Notes under the pieces: model-generated | What the model was told of the DNA's origin: nothing | The model's input: only the letters and a program-made list of their open reading frames with translations | Databases searched by the model: none | Translations under genes and position numbers: made by a program | Shown here: positions 17,599 through 27,806 of the stretch, piece by piece | Position numbering within the stretch: position 1 is the stretch's first letter | Layout of the letters: each line of letters starts with the position of its first letter | Assembly: GCA_031409295.1 (NCBI GenBank) | Contig: JANNWZ010000154.1 | Location: 19-64,018 of the forward strand | Source: Mariniblastus sp. | GTDB lineage: Bacteria; Planctomycetota; Planctomycetia; Pirellulales; Pirellulaceae | DNA length: 64,000 nucleotides | Reading direction: 5' to 3'

Positions 17599-18503
17599 TA
17601 GATAAAGGGGACAGTGGCAGGAAGAACGAAGTTCTTTGCTGAAGCCAATAATTGAGACATGTTATCGCAAACAACAATGGACCTTAAGCCGCTCCGAAAC
17701 GCCGGCGACACGGCGTGCCCACCGACAACCATGGCCACATTCGAAGGCAGGTCGACCGCCAATTGATTTAATTCAGCTTGGAATTCACTCTGAACTGTCG
17801 GGTCGTCAGCGAGATGGGAAATGCTCAACCAGAGCAAATTCGGTCTCTCGTGTTTAACGGCCTCTCGAAATGATTGAAACGGCAGGTTGCTACCCAATGA
17901 AACTGCGTTCCACCGGTGAGAAGCCAGGGTCAGTTCAACGGCAAAAGTGGGCAGACTGTAATGATCATCTTGAATGCTGCCGCCAATCGCCAGAGGTGCA
18001 CCTACAGGAGGTAGGCTGATCAAAGACCGTATCTCACGCATGACAGCCAGCGCAATCTCACAAGCTCGTCGTTCCTTGTAAATGTTCAGTCGGCCACAAG
18101 CCCATTGCTGGCCAATTTCAACAAATACGGGCGAAATGATTTCGTCGACCATTCGTTCGATCGACCAAAAACTGAGAAACATGCGAACCAAGAGATCGCG
18201 GGCTTTCTCTGCTGCACCTTCAATTAACAGCTCCGTCAACTGAGACTGAATCTCGTCGGATCGCTCTGGAAAATTGCCCGACAAATCAGGCAAACCGAGT
18301 GCCATCGGATCCGTCAGCGTGACTCGATTTTGACGGGCGAAACCCACCACATCAGCGATGGTCATGCGACGATGCCCCCCCGCCGTCTTGAGGCTGGAAA
18401 CTTTGCCGGCATCGCACCATCGTTTGAGAGACGATTCGCTCACACCGATGGCGACGGCAACTTGCTTGGGCGAAAAGAGCTGTTGCGAGGTAATCAATTT
18501 CAT
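17598..18503 (-). CDS. MerR/HTH-17 + cobalamin-binding domain transcriptional regulator (CarH/LitR-like)
   Basis: N-terminal SPKQVAVAIGVSESSLKRWCDAG...TAGGHRR, a B12-binding_2 helix bundle with W134, and a Rossmann domain with DDHYSLP and SLG / VVGG motifs. Confidence 0.85.
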   Translation of the reverse strand: MKLITSQQLFSPKQVAVAIGVSESSLKRWCDAGKVSSLKTAGGHRRMTIADVVGFARQNRVTLTDPMALGLPDLSGNFPERSDEIQSQLTELLIEGAAEKARDLLVRMFLSFWSIERMVDEIISPVFVEIGQQWACGRLNIYKERRACEIALAVMREIRSLISLPPVGAPLAIGGSIQDDHYSLPTFAVELTLASHRWNAVSLGSNLPFQSFREAVKHERPNLLWLSISHLADDPTVQSEFQAELNQLAVDLPSNVAMVVGGHAVSPAFRSGLRSIVVCDNMSQLLASAKNFVLPATVPFI

Positions 18504-18695
18504 ATCCTTGACTTTGTCGAATGCACGTATTGAACGTTTTCGGATTGCCAGTAAGATAGGTCAACCGTAGCCAAAAGTCACCAATTAACATAAAAAATAA
18601 GTATTTTTTATTTTTTCTGTTACGCACCGACGAATCGACCGGTTCGGACGTTTCAAACGTTGTGAACGTTTAGCTTTTTTCCGAGTATATCCCCA

Positions 18696-19145
18696 ATGCA
18701 GCGATTAGATCAGAAATTTGAAGTTTTCTTCGACGGAGATTGCCCTCTATGCCGGCGGGAAATCGACATGGTTAGGAGATTGGACAAATCTGGCAGACTT
18801 ATTTTGACAGATATTGGGTCGCCCCTGTTTGTTCCTACGGACGTTTCTCTGGAGACTTTAATGCGCGAGATCCACGGACGGTTTCCCGATGGGGTTTATG
18901 TAACGGGGGTCGAAGTCTTTCGACAGATTTATGATCGGATTGGATTCTCATTCCTGGTTGTACCGACACGCTGGCCGGTGGTTCGGCATGCATTGCACCC
19001 GGCGTATCGTTGTTTTGCCTACTTTCGTTTCCAATTGGCTAAACGGCGCATGGCCCGCGGAAATTGTCACCAAAATTCCTGTCCTCGCACAACGACCGCC
19101 ATCATCGATTCCGCTGCTGTTCCACTCCCACTCAAAGAGAATTGA
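18696..19145 (+). CDS. DCC1-like thiol-disulfide oxidoreductase family protein (DUF393)
   Basis: FFDGDCPLCRRE (DxxCxxC) and GVEVFRQIY. Confidence 0.88.
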   Translation: MQRLDQKFEVFFDGDCPLCRREIDMVRRLDKSGRLILTDIGSPLFVPTDVSLETLMREIHGRFPDGVYVTGVEVFRQIYDRIGFSFLVVPTRWPVVRHALHPAYRCFAYFRFQLAKRRMARGNCHQNSCPRTTTAIIDSAAVPLPLKEN

Positions 19146-19148
19146 AAA

Positions 19149-20429
19149 TTGAGGATCGCAATCATTGGTGGTGGTATTTCGGGCCTGGTGGCGGGATACC
19201 ATTTGCATACCAAACATGACATTACACTGTTTGAAGCCAACAGCCAGATTGGCGGCCACACCAACACCGTGGATGTTGTGGGTCAGAATCTAGTCGGTGC
19301 CGAAGCCCAATTTGCAGTCGATACTGGGTTCATTGTGTTCAATGACCGGACCTATCCCAACTTCATCCGACTGATGGCAGAATTGGGTGTCGCATCGCAA
19401 GCGACACGGATGAGTTTCAGCGTGAGTTGTGAGCGCACGGGTTTGGAATACCGCGGCGGGGATTTGAACGGATTGTTTGCCCAACGTAGTAATCTTTTCA
19501 ATCCGAGATTCCATCGCTTGCTGCTGGACTTCGGTCGGTTCAGTCGATTGGCCTCGGGGTTGCTCGAAACGGATGACGAAAAGGAAACAGTCGCGGAGTT
19601 TTTGCAACGCCAGCGTTTTTCGCGGAGTTTCATCGAGCAGTACTTTCTACCGATGGGCGCGGCGATCTGGTCGGCACCGTTTGCTTTGTTTCAGCAATTT
19701 CCGATTCGTTTCATCGCGGAGTTTTATCACAATCATGGATTGCTAGGGATTCGAAATCTGCCACAATGGCGAGTCATTTGCGGAGGCTCGCGATCCTACC
19801 TGGCACCGTTAACGGCACGCTGGCGCGATTCGATCCGACTCAATTCCTCGATCCGTTCCGTCGTTCGCCAGAATGAGCGCGTGTGGTTAACGCCAGCCCA
19901 TCAATCGCCACAGGAATTTGATCACGTGATTCTTGCTTGCCATAGCGATCAAGCGTTGCGGATGCTGGGTGCGCAAGCGCTGCCCCACGAGCGAGAAATA
20001 TTGTCGGCGTTTCCGTACCAATCCAATACAGCGACGCTCCATACCCAGCATTCAGCGCTGCCGAAAAATCGGCTGGCTTGGGCCTGTTGGAACTATTTAA
20101 ATCCTGTCGTTCGAACCGAGAGTGCGACCGTCACCTACAACATGAATCTGCTGCAGTCGCTGGCTTCCTCGACGGTTTTTTGTGTCACCCTGAATGATAC
20201 CGGGCGCATTCGAGACGAAAATGTCTTGCGAACGTTTGAGTATTCGCACCCGATTTTTGATGTCCGGCGACAAACCATGCAACGACGCCATCAAGAATTA
20301 ATTAACCAGCACCAAGTTTCATTTTGCGGGGCCTACTGGGGCAATGGTTTTCATGAGGACGGTGTGCGGAGTGCGCTGGCGGTAACGAGTGCGTTGCGAC
20401 ATGCATCTGTGGAGGCCGCCGTCCAATGA
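19149..20429 (+). CDS. FAD-dependent oxidoreductase, COG2907 type (UfaD-like fatty-acid desaturase family)
   Basis: RIAIIGGGISGL, IGGHTNT, VDTGFIVFNDRTYPNF, FEYSHP, FCGAYWGNGFHEDG. Confidence 0.88.
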   Translation: MRIAIIGGGISGLVAGYHLHTKHDITLFEANSQIGGHTNTVDVVGQNLVGAEAQFAVDTGFIVFNDRTYPNFIRLMAELGVASQATRMSFSVSCERTGLEYRGGDLNGLFAQRSNLFNPRFHRLLLDFGRFSRLASGLLETDDEKETVAEFLQRQRFSRSFIEQYFLPMGAAIWSAPFALFQQFPIRFIAEFYHNHGLLGIRNLPQWRVICGGSRSYLAPLTARWRDSIRLNSSIRSVVRQNERVWLTPAHQSPQEFDHVILACHSDQALRMLGAQALPHEREILSAFPYQSNTATLHTQHSALPKNRLAWACWNYLNPVVRTESATVTYNMNLLQSLASSTVFCVTLNDTGRIRDENVLRTFEYSHPIFDVRRQTMQRRHQELINQHQVSFCGAYWGNGFHEDGVRSALAVTSALRHASVEAAVQ

Positions 20430-21274
20430 GGCATAGTTGCTTATACATCGGCGATGTTCGTCACCGGCGACGGACGCCGCAACCGCATCGTTTCGATTTT
20501 CGGACTTATATGCTGTTGCTGGATCTGGACGAGTTGCCGACAGTTTTTCAGCGTCGCTGGCTCTGGTCCACCTCGCGACCCGCGATGGCATGGTTTCGCG
20601 ACCGCGATCACTTGGTTGACCTCCCGCCGGAGCTTTCGTTGCGCGAAAAGGTCTTGACCGCATTGGCGAATAAAGGCATCGAGTCGCCCATCGGACCGAT
20701 CCGGCTACTGACTCAGTTGAGGTATTTTGGATTCGCGATGAATCCGGTAAATTTTTTTTATTGTTATGACGTGGCGGATTCCCGGTTGGTGGCCATCATG
20801 GCTGAAGTCAATAACACTCCGTGGGGCGAGCAGCATTTGTACGTTGTGCCAGCCAACGGAGGCGACGAAACGATTGTTGCGGCGCGGCTCGAAAAAGAAT
20901 TTCACGTTTCTCCGTTCATGTCATTAGAAATGCATTATCGCATGAACTTTACTCATCCCGGCGACCGTGTCGGCATCAAGATCGAAAATTTTGAGAGTGG
21001 CAATTCAATTTTCCAAGCCACACTCTTGTTGAAAAAACATCCCTTGACAACTGGAAATCTAAACTGGGTATTGTTGCGTTACCCGTTGATTAGCCTGCAG
21101 ATTTTTGTCGGGATCTACTGGCAGGCGCTACGACTGTATCTCAAACGCGTGCCGATTCATCCGCACCCGGTTCATAGTCGCCAGCGATTCCGTCCGATTG
21201 AGGGCGGTCCCAAGAAGCCCATTGAAAATCTACATTCCGAAAACACTGAACAACCGATAGTGGCAGGCCGATGA
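20426..21274 (+). CDS. DUF1365 family protein (COG3496)
   Basis: LYIGDVRHRR, LLTQLRYFGFAMNPVNFFYC, AEVNNTPWGEQHLY, KEFHVSPFM, IYWQALRLYLK. ATGA overlap with the upstream gene. Confidence 0.9.
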   Translation: MRHSCLYIGDVRHRRRTPQPHRFDFRTYMLLLDLDELPTVFQRRWLWSTSRPAMAWFRDRDHLVDLPPELSLREKVLTALANKGIESPIGPIRLLTQLRYFGFAMNPVNFFYCYDVADSRLVAIMAEVNNTPWGEQHLYVVPANGGDETIVAARLEKEFHVSPFMSLEMHYRMNFTHPGDRVGIKIENFESGNSIFQATLLLKKHPLTTGNLNWVLLRYPLISLQIFVGIYWQALRLYLKRVPIHPHPVHSRQRFRPIEGGPKKPIENLHSENTEQPIVAGR

Positions 21275-22641
21275 ACTACTTTGCTAAAAATGCGTCGATG
21301 GAACCAACCCCCATGGCGTTGGAGTTATCTTTGCCGAAGTCGGCCCTGACGACGGAAACGTGTGCTCCGACCTGGCTGGGGGGCTGGTTGCGGGACCGGT
21401 TGATTCGTCGTCTCGTTAATCTGCAACATGGTTCGGTCGCGATGACGGAAGCCAAGGGTGAGAAAATACTGCTTGGTCGACAACCGGTCGAGGGTGGCAC
21501 AGAATCGAATTTGACGGCGGACGTCTTTGTCAATCGCTCGCGTTTTTTCGGTCGTGTGATGCTCGGCGGTACGATGGGCGCCGCCGAGTCGTACATTGAT
21601 GGCGATTGGCGCAGCGAAAATCTCACCGATTTGATTCGGGTAATGATTCGAAATTTGAACCAGCTGACCACACTCGAAAAATATTGGGGCCGCTGGAAGG
21701 GGATTTGCAATTGGCGGCAGCATTTGTCGCGACACAACTCAGTTACCGGCAGCCGTCAAAACATCCACGAACACTATGATCTGGGCAATCATTTCTATCA
21801 GTTGTTTCTCGACTCGACGATGAATTATTCGTCGGCCATATTCCAGCGCGAGGAAATGGCGGCGGACCAGCCGCTCTATGATGGGGAGACTTTGCGTGAG
21901 GCGTCGGTCCGCAAGATGGAACGGATTTGTGAAAAACTTCAACTTCGTCCGACCGATCATGTGCTCGAGATTGGAACTGGCTGGGGCGGCTTGGCGCTGC
22001 ACATGGCTGCGCGGCATGGTTGCCGAGTCACCACAACGACAATCTCGGAGCAGCAGTTTCGCTTTGCTACCGAACGGGTTCGCGCAGCGGGTCTGAGTGA
22101 TCGTGTCACTGTCGTGCAACAAGACTATCGGGAACTGGAGGGTACCTACGACAAATTGGTTTCGATCGAGATGATTGAAGCCGTAGGGCATCAATATTAC
22201 GATTGCTTTTTTCAAAAATGTCAACGACTGCTGAAGCCACAGGGCCTGATGCTGTTGCAAGCGATCACGATGAGCGAACAGAATTACCAATATCATATTC
22301 GACATGTTGATTTCATTCGACGGTATATATTTCCCGGTGGATGTTTACCATCGATCAGTGCCCTGCAAACCTCGATTGCGAAGAAAACCGATTGGCGAAT
22401 GTTGCATCAAGAAGATATTACGCCGCACTATGTTCACACACTGGCCTGTTGGCGAGCGGCGTTTTTGTCTCGATTGAAGGACGTCAGATCACAGGGCTAC
22501 AGTGAGAAATTCATTCGTCTCTGGCATTTTTACTTATGCTACTGCGAAGCGGCGTTTGCCGAGCGTCGCGTGCATAATTTGCAATTAGTCTACTGTCGAC
22601 CCGACTGTCCAGTTGACCCGGCCGTAGATTATTGTTTTTGA
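21271..22641 (+). CDS. Cyclopropane-fatty-acyl-phospholipid synthase family methyltransferase (Cfa/UfaM-like)
   Basis: GAAESYIDGDW, NIHEHYDLGNHFYQLFLDSTMNYSSA, VLEIGTGWGG, SIEMIEAVG, FIRRYIFPGGCLP, FIRLWHFYLCYCEAAF. Confidence 0.9.
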   Translation: MNYFAKNASMEPTPMALELSLPKSALTTETCAPTWLGGWLRDRLIRRLVNLQHGSVAMTEAKGEKILLGRQPVEGGTESNLTADVFVNRSRFFGRVMLGGTMGAAESYIDGDWRSENLTDLIRVMIRNLNQLTTLEKYWGRWKGICNWRQHLSRHNSVTGSRQNIHEHYDLGNHFYQLFLDSTMNYSSAIFQREEMAADQPLYDGETLREASVRKMERICEKLQLRPTDHVLEIGTGWGGLALHMAARHGCRVTTTTISEQQFRFATERVRAAGLSDRVTVVQQDYRELEGTYDKLVSIEMIEAVGHQYYDCFFQKCQRLLKPQGLMLLQAITMSEQNYQYHIRHVDFIRRYIFPGGCLPSISALQTSIAKKTDWRMLHQEDITPHYVHTLACWRAAFLSRLKDVRSQGYSEKFIRLWHFYLCYCEAAFAERRVHNLQLVYCRPDCPVDPAVDYCF

Positions 22642-22742
22642 CCACGGCTCCCTGCCGAGTCTGAAATACTTGCGCGGTCGGTCCTGGTGTTGCGATTGGG
22701 CTGGGCACGCGGTGCTGGTCGAAAAAAATTGTCCGCCAGCGA

Positions 22743-23111
22743 TCAACGGCGATTGGGTTTTCCTTTAATGGATGCCAACCACCGGAGTGCCCAATTAAGC
22801 GTTAATCCGACGGCTACAACCCCCGCCGCGATCCGAAAAATGTTGGGCCGACTGGCGGCCATTACCAGCAACAGCAAGGCAATCAACAGCGCAACCACCG
22901 AGATTTTTGACTTAAATGTTTCCAATTGAGGCAGCGCCAGCCAAATCGCGCCCATGACAAGTCCAATGCGAATCAACATGCCGGTCGTTCCGGTAGCTTG
23001 TTCCGGGTCGGCCAAGAAACTCGCCCCACCGATCAATAGGCAAATGACCGCCAGACAACCGACCGCTAGTCGCCGCCAATTCAATGACTGGCCTTTGACA
23101 ACTTGCCTCAT
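22743..23111 (-). CDS. Small hypothetical membrane protein (about 4 TM segments)
   Basis: Four hydrophobic segments with a basic C-terminus. It fills the gap between convergent genes. Confidence 0.65.
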   Translation of the reverse strand: MRQVVKGQSLNWRRLAVGCLAVICLLIGGASFLADPEQATGTTGMLIRIGLVMGAIWLALPQLETFKSKISVVALLIALLLLVMAASRPNIFRIAAGVVAVGLTLNWALRWLASIKGKPNRR

Positions 23112-23169
23112 GACCAACTCCAAGATGGCCGGTCCGTTGAAGCACTCGCATTAGTAGTTGAATGGGGCA

Positions 23170-24012
23170 TTACAAAAATTTTGACTTGAGCGAATTGATT
23201 AGCTGGACCGCGTGTCCGATCTCGGATTTCTGTCGCGCCGGTTCCTGTGGGATTTCTCGCTCAATGGTCAGCGGTCCTTGGTAACCGATCGATTGCAATG
23301 TCTTAAGATATCGTTCCATGTTCACGTCGCCGGCTCCCAACGGAACTTCCTGCCCCCACTCCACGCCGGGCTGGACAGACCATTTGGCATCTTTCAAATG
23401 GACGCTGCGAACCCGCCCCCCCAAAAGCTCCAGCGCTTCAATTGGCTCACCTGTTCCATACAAGATCATGTTGGCTGGATCGAAATTGACAAACAAATTA
23501 TTGCAACCCGTATCCTCGATGAACTGCACCAATCCGGCGGCGGTTTCCTGGCCAGTTTCCAGGTGCAAACACTGTGCATGGTTGGCGGCGTAATGGCACA
23601 AGTCCTGGGTCACCTTCAGAACGTCCGCATACATTGCTGTGGACGTATCGTGCGGAACAAATCCCAGATGCAAAGCGATCACGGGACATCCCAGTGCCGC
23701 TGCAAAATCCGAAATCTCTTTCATTTCCGCCAAACGAGCGGCTCGAGTGGCGGCCGGAACCAAGCCGATCGTCCGCTCGACGGTCGGAATATCGGCATAG
23801 CTTTCTCCTTCGAAACCACCGAACACTGCGGTCACTGAGATGCAATACTCTTTTAGTCGCGCGAGTATTTGTCGTGCTGTCGCCGGCGTTCGATTTCCCG
23901 CATGGGGTGCGTGTATCTGAATCGTCGGAATGCCTAATTCCCGAGCGACATTGAGATCTACTCCCAGCCCTGCGTCGATACTGGTGAAGACTCCGATCGG
24001 CCATTTTTCCAT
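23170..24012 (-). CDS. Sugar phosphate isomerase/epimerase (xylose isomerase-like TIM barrel)
   Basis: LHLETGQE, VNFDPANMILYG, SVHLKDA, GPLTIERE metal-binding pattern. Confidence 0.88.
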   Translation of the reverse strand: MEKWPIGVFTSIDAGLGVDLNVARELGIPTIQIHAPHAGNRTPATARQILARLKEYCISVTAVFGGFEGESYADIPTVERTIGLVPAATRAARLAEMKEISDFAAALGCPVIALHLGFVPHDTSTAMYADVLKVTQDLCHYAANHAQCLHLETGQETAAGLVQFIEDTGCNNLFVNFDPANMILYGTGEPIEALELLGGRVRSVHLKDAKWSVQPGVEWGQEVPLGAGDVNMERYLKTLQSIGYQGPLTIEREIPQEPARQKSEIGHAVQLINSLKSKFL

Positions 24013-24292
24013 AGCGATTTTCTGGATTGTCAAGGCGGTGAAATTGGATACAGATTGCGGAAAGCTAACATAATCGAGGCCTTACCCCTCGGCAACAGGT
24101 TTGTGTTTTCGACTTGATACTTGCACCACAATTGGAATGGCCATCGAATCAAGTGAACCAGAGCACTAATTTTGGATTTTCAAGAGAAACCAGGGCGCCC
24201 CGATCCACGGTAATCGTTGACAGTTGCGTAGGTTTCTTCTACGCTTGTGGGTGAACACGAGTCACAACTTGGCCTTTACTTGAAATTACATT

Positions 24293-25279
24293 ATGAACTT
24301 TGATCGTATCCGACGCGCCCTTTCGCTGGCGGGCATTTTGCTGGGCATGTTTTTTGGCGTTTCTCTGGTCCGCGCTGACTTTTTGGTATCGGACAATTTC
24401 GGTAACCAAGTGCTTCGTTACAGTGAAACAGATGGAAGTTTCTTGGGCTCGTTTATTGGCAACTCCAATAACGGCGGATTGAATGGGGCTGTTGGCATGC
24501 TATTCAATACGAATGGAGAGCTACTGGTTGCCAGCCAAAATACGAATCAGGTATTGCGATATGATGGAACAACGGGTGCATATCTAGGAGTGTTTGCGAA
24601 CACCGACTTGAATGCGCCGGCACACTTGGGATTCGATCCGACGACCGGAAATGTCCTGGTGTCCAATTTGAATGGAAATTCGATTACCAGGTTTAATTCC
24701 GCCGGGACGTCACTTGGATCGTTTACCAATGGTGGTCCTGCTTTGCAAGGCGTTTCGTCATTTGCGTTTGGACCAAACGGAAATCTATCGGTGGGCAGTT
24801 TCAACTCAGGTGCGATCTTAACCTATGACGCCGCCGGAAATTTTATTTCCCAATTTGCGACGGGGTACAACGGCGCTTCGGGATTGTGGTTTCAGGGCAA
24901 CGATTTGTGGGTGGCCAGTTTGTTTCTCAGTCAGGTTAGTCGACTGGATGCAACCGGAACGGCAACTTTGAACTTTTCGACGGGTCCTGGCCCGCAGGGG
25001 ATTGGGGCTTTTCCGTCGTTTATCTTGGCCTCGCCACTGGGTAGTGATGAAGTCTTGGTAGCACTAACCGCCCAAGGTGGCGTTTATCGTTTTGCGACCG
25101 ATGGAAGCGGCACCAACCGGGGATTGTTTATGGGGGGTGGCGGCTTGCAGGTTCCAGGTGAGGTGTTGCGCATCGCGTCGATTCCCGAACCGGTGACGCT
25201 AGTTCCGGTGATGTTGTTGGTCGGCCGCGCTTTGGGCCGACGTCGACGTCAAAATTTGGCGATTGTCGAATCTGACTAA
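24293..25279 (+). CDS. PEP-CTERM protein with NHL/Vgb-like beta-propeller repeats
   Basis: Signal peptide (SLVRA/DF), repeats of LLVAS..xNQVLRYD.xTG.FLG, and C-terminal IPEPVTLVPVMLLVGRALGRRRR. Confidence 0.82.
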   Translation: MNFDRIRRALSLAGILLGMFFGVSLVRADFLVSDNFGNQVLRYSETDGSFLGSFIGNSNNGGLNGAVGMLFNTNGELLVASQNTNQVLRYDGTTGAYLGVFANTDLNAPAHLGFDPTTGNVLVSNLNGNSITRFNSAGTSLGSFTNGGPALQGVSSFAFGPNGNLSVGSFNSGAILTYDAAGNFISQFATGYNGASGLWFQGNDLWVASLFLSQVSRLDATGTATLNFSTGPGPQGIGAFPSFILASPLGSDEVLVALTAQGGVYRFATDGSGTNRGLFMGGGGLQVPGEVLRIASIPEPVTLVPVMLLVGRALGRRRRQNLAIVESD

Positions 25280-25329
25280 CGCCCAGAAAAGATTCAATTC
25301 TCAATTAACAGACGTGTTGGAACAGAAAT

Positions 25330-26424
25330 ATGGACATCTCGCCGACCGGTCTTAAGAATCGCAAAAATAATCGAGATTCAATTTCTCGGTTGATTTATCG
25401 GCAGGGTTTCACATTGGTTGAGTTGTTGGTCGTGATTGCCATCATTGGGATCCTGATCGGCATGCTGTTGCCGGCGGTACAAGCCGTTCGTGAAGCCGCC
25501 CGTCGCTCGGCGTGTTCCAATAATTTGCGCCAAATTGCCTTGGCGGCGCATAACTTTGAAAGCGCGAAAGGCTTATATCCGGTCGGTTCGACGGCGCGGG
25601 CGTATCCTGGCAATCCGACCCATGCTCACAATTTTTATCGCTGGTCCGCCCTGGCCCATTTGTCACCTTTCCTCGAACAAGCGAATTTGTATAACACGAT
25701 TGATTTGAATTTGCCGTTGTTCCTCCCACCGGGATTTGCGATCGATCCGCAGAACATATTGGCCGCCGGCCAATTGGTTCCAGTCTTTCTTTGTGCCAGC
25801 GATCAACAGCAATCAGTTTCCAGCGGATTTGGTGTGACCAATTTGGGACCGACGAATTATGCTGCATGCACCGGGACGGGTGCCGGCGGTGGAACGCCAT
25901 TTCAGGATGAAGGTGCCGATGGCATGTTCTATGTCAATTCGAATACCCGTATCGCCGAGGTCTTCGACGGGACCAGCAACACGGCGATGTTCTCAGAAAG
26001 TTCGCTGGGAACTGGCGCAGAAAACAGTAATAACGCGACCATGATTCAGACGTCTCCCCAAACCGTCTATCGGTTTATGTTCGGTGCACCGTTGACAGAC
26101 GCCAGTGCCAGTTCAGCGTCCTTGTTTAATTTTACGAATCGCCGCGGATTCATGTGGGTCAATGGCGAATACCGCTGTACGATGTACAACCACTATTATG
26201 GTCCCAATAGTGCGACTCCGGACGTGTTCGGAGTGACGATCAATCCGCTTCCGGAAAAAAGATTTGCCGCGTATGGTTGGCGCGCGGCTCGCAGCATGCA
26301 TCCCGGTGGAGTCAACGTGGCCTATGCGGATGGTTCGTTGCATTTTGTACCTACTTCGATCGACCTGCAAAATTGGCGAGCGCTGGCGACAATGCAAGGC
26401 GGCGAAGTGCTGGCCAATTTCTAA
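25330..26424 (+). CDS. DUF1559 domain protein (prepilin-type N-methylation + H-X9-DG)
   Basis: [72 protein letters not shown]. Confidence 0.95.
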   Translation: MDISPTGLKNRKNNRDSISRLIYRQGFTLVELLVVIAIIGILIGMLLPAVQAVREAARRSACSNNLRQIALAAHNFESAKGLYPVGSTARAYPGNPTHAHNFYRWSALAHLSPFLEQANLYNTIDLNLPLFLPPGFAIDPQNILAAGQLVPVFLCASDQQQSVSSGFGVTNLGPTNYAACTGTGAGGGTPFQDEGADGMFYVNSNTRIAEVFDGTSNTAMFSESSLGTGAENSNNATMIQTSPQTVYRFMFGAPLTDASASSASLFNFTNRRGFMWVNGEYRCTMYNHYYGPNSATPDVFGVTINPLPEKRFAAYGWRAARSMHPGGVNVAYADGSLHFVPTSIDLQNWRALATMQGGEVLANF

Positions 26425-26450
26425 ACGCTAATCTCTGAAGCGACTTGCGC

Positions 26451-27623
26451 ATGCCAAATACTTTGCCTTCTCTGATAGGACTGGATCGGTTACAGCTGTT
26501 CGCTGCCTTAGCGTCGGTCGGAATACCGGAACAGCAGCGCTCGATGCGCGTCTCTCAATTGTGGAACTGGCTCTATGTTCGAGGAGTCAGCGAATTTTCC
26601 AGGATGTTGAATCTCGGCAAGGATCATCGTGAATTGCTGACGAAGAATTTTTCGCTGGCCAGACCGGAGATTCTTCAGGAACAGGTTTCCGGCGACGGTA
26701 CACGAAAGTGGTTGCTGCGATTTTCCGAGGGTGCCAACGATGCGTCCGGCGTGGAAGTGGAAACGGTTTACATTCCCGAACCTGGTCGGGGTACGTTGTG
26801 CCTCAGTAGTCAGGTCGGATGTTCGTTGACGTGTTCGTTTTGCCACACCGGAACGCAGAAGCTGGTGCGCAATTTGACCGCGGGAGAAATTTTGGGACAG
26901 ATTTTGGTCGCCCGGGATCGCTTGGCCGATTTCCCAAAACATGCGCTCGCGACCGATGTTATCGCTCCGACGGTGGGCCGCAAGGTTTCGAACATTGTAA
27001 TGATGGGAATGGGCGAACCACTATTGAATTTCGAGAATGTCAAACAGGCGTTGTTGTTGGCCCTCGATAAACAGGGATTGGGGCTGTCACGTCGGCGCAT
27101 TACACTTTCAACATCCGGTGTGGTGCCCGGGATTTATCGAACCGGGGCGGAAATCAAGGTGATGTTGGCGATTTCCCTCCATGCCGTGAATGATGAGTTG
27201 CGAAATATCCTCGTCCCCATCAATCGAAAATATCCGTTGGAACAATTATTGACGGCCTGCCGTTCCTATCCTGGCTTGTCTAATGCGCGCCGGATCACCT
27301 TTGAATACGTCATGCTCAAGGGCATCAACGATTCGCTGGCCGACGCTCGAGAGCTCGTCCGGAGGCTGGCTGGCATACCTGCGAAGATAAATCTGATTCC
27401 GTTCAATCCCTGGCCCGGTTCGAACTATGAGTGTTCCGATGGCACCGCAATCCAGCAATTTTCCGACTACTTGAACGAGGTCGGCTTCGTTTCTCCGGTT
27501 CGCACGCCGCGTGGTCAGGATATTATGGCGGCGTGTGGTCAGCTAAAATCCGAATCGGAAAAAATGCTCAAGCCGCGATCGGCAATGGCGGAAAACACCG
27601 ACTTGATTGAGCTGCGGGGTTAA
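26451..27623 (+). CDS. rlmN: 23S rRNA (adenine2503-C2)/tRNA methyltransferase RlmN
   Basis: [17 protein letters not shown] radical-SAM motif, [38 protein letters not shown]. Confidence 0.95.
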   Translation: MPNTLPSLIGLDRLQLFAALASVGIPEQQRSMRVSQLWNWLYVRGVSEFSRMLNLGKDHRELLTKNFSLARPEILQEQVSGDGTRKWLLRFSEGANDASGVEVETVYIPEPGRGTLCLSSQVGCSLTCSFCHTGTQKLVRNLTAGEILGQILVARDRLADFPKHALATDVIAPTVGRKVSNIVMMGMGEPLLNFENVKQALLLALDKQGLGLSRRRITLSTSGVVPGIYRTGAEIKVMLAISLHAVNDELRNILVPINRKYPLEQLLTACRSYPGLSNARRITFEYVMLKGINDSLADARELVRRLAGIPAKINLIPFNPWPGSNYECSDGTAIQQFSDYLNEVGFVSPVRTPRGQDIMAACGQLKSESEKMLKPRSAMAENTDLIELRG

Positions 27624-27806
27624 ACAGCGTTCGTTTAACCCGTGATTCTCCGTTCAAATTGGCTTGTGATGCAACATCGAAATAATCAGTATTTTCGTTT
27701 TCTATTTTATTTTGTCCCAAATATCGACTAGACTATTGTGACATAGAAACGTTCTTCTGCTTTCACCACTCCCAATTCGAGTTGCCCGCAACTCACTGGA
27801 GGAACG

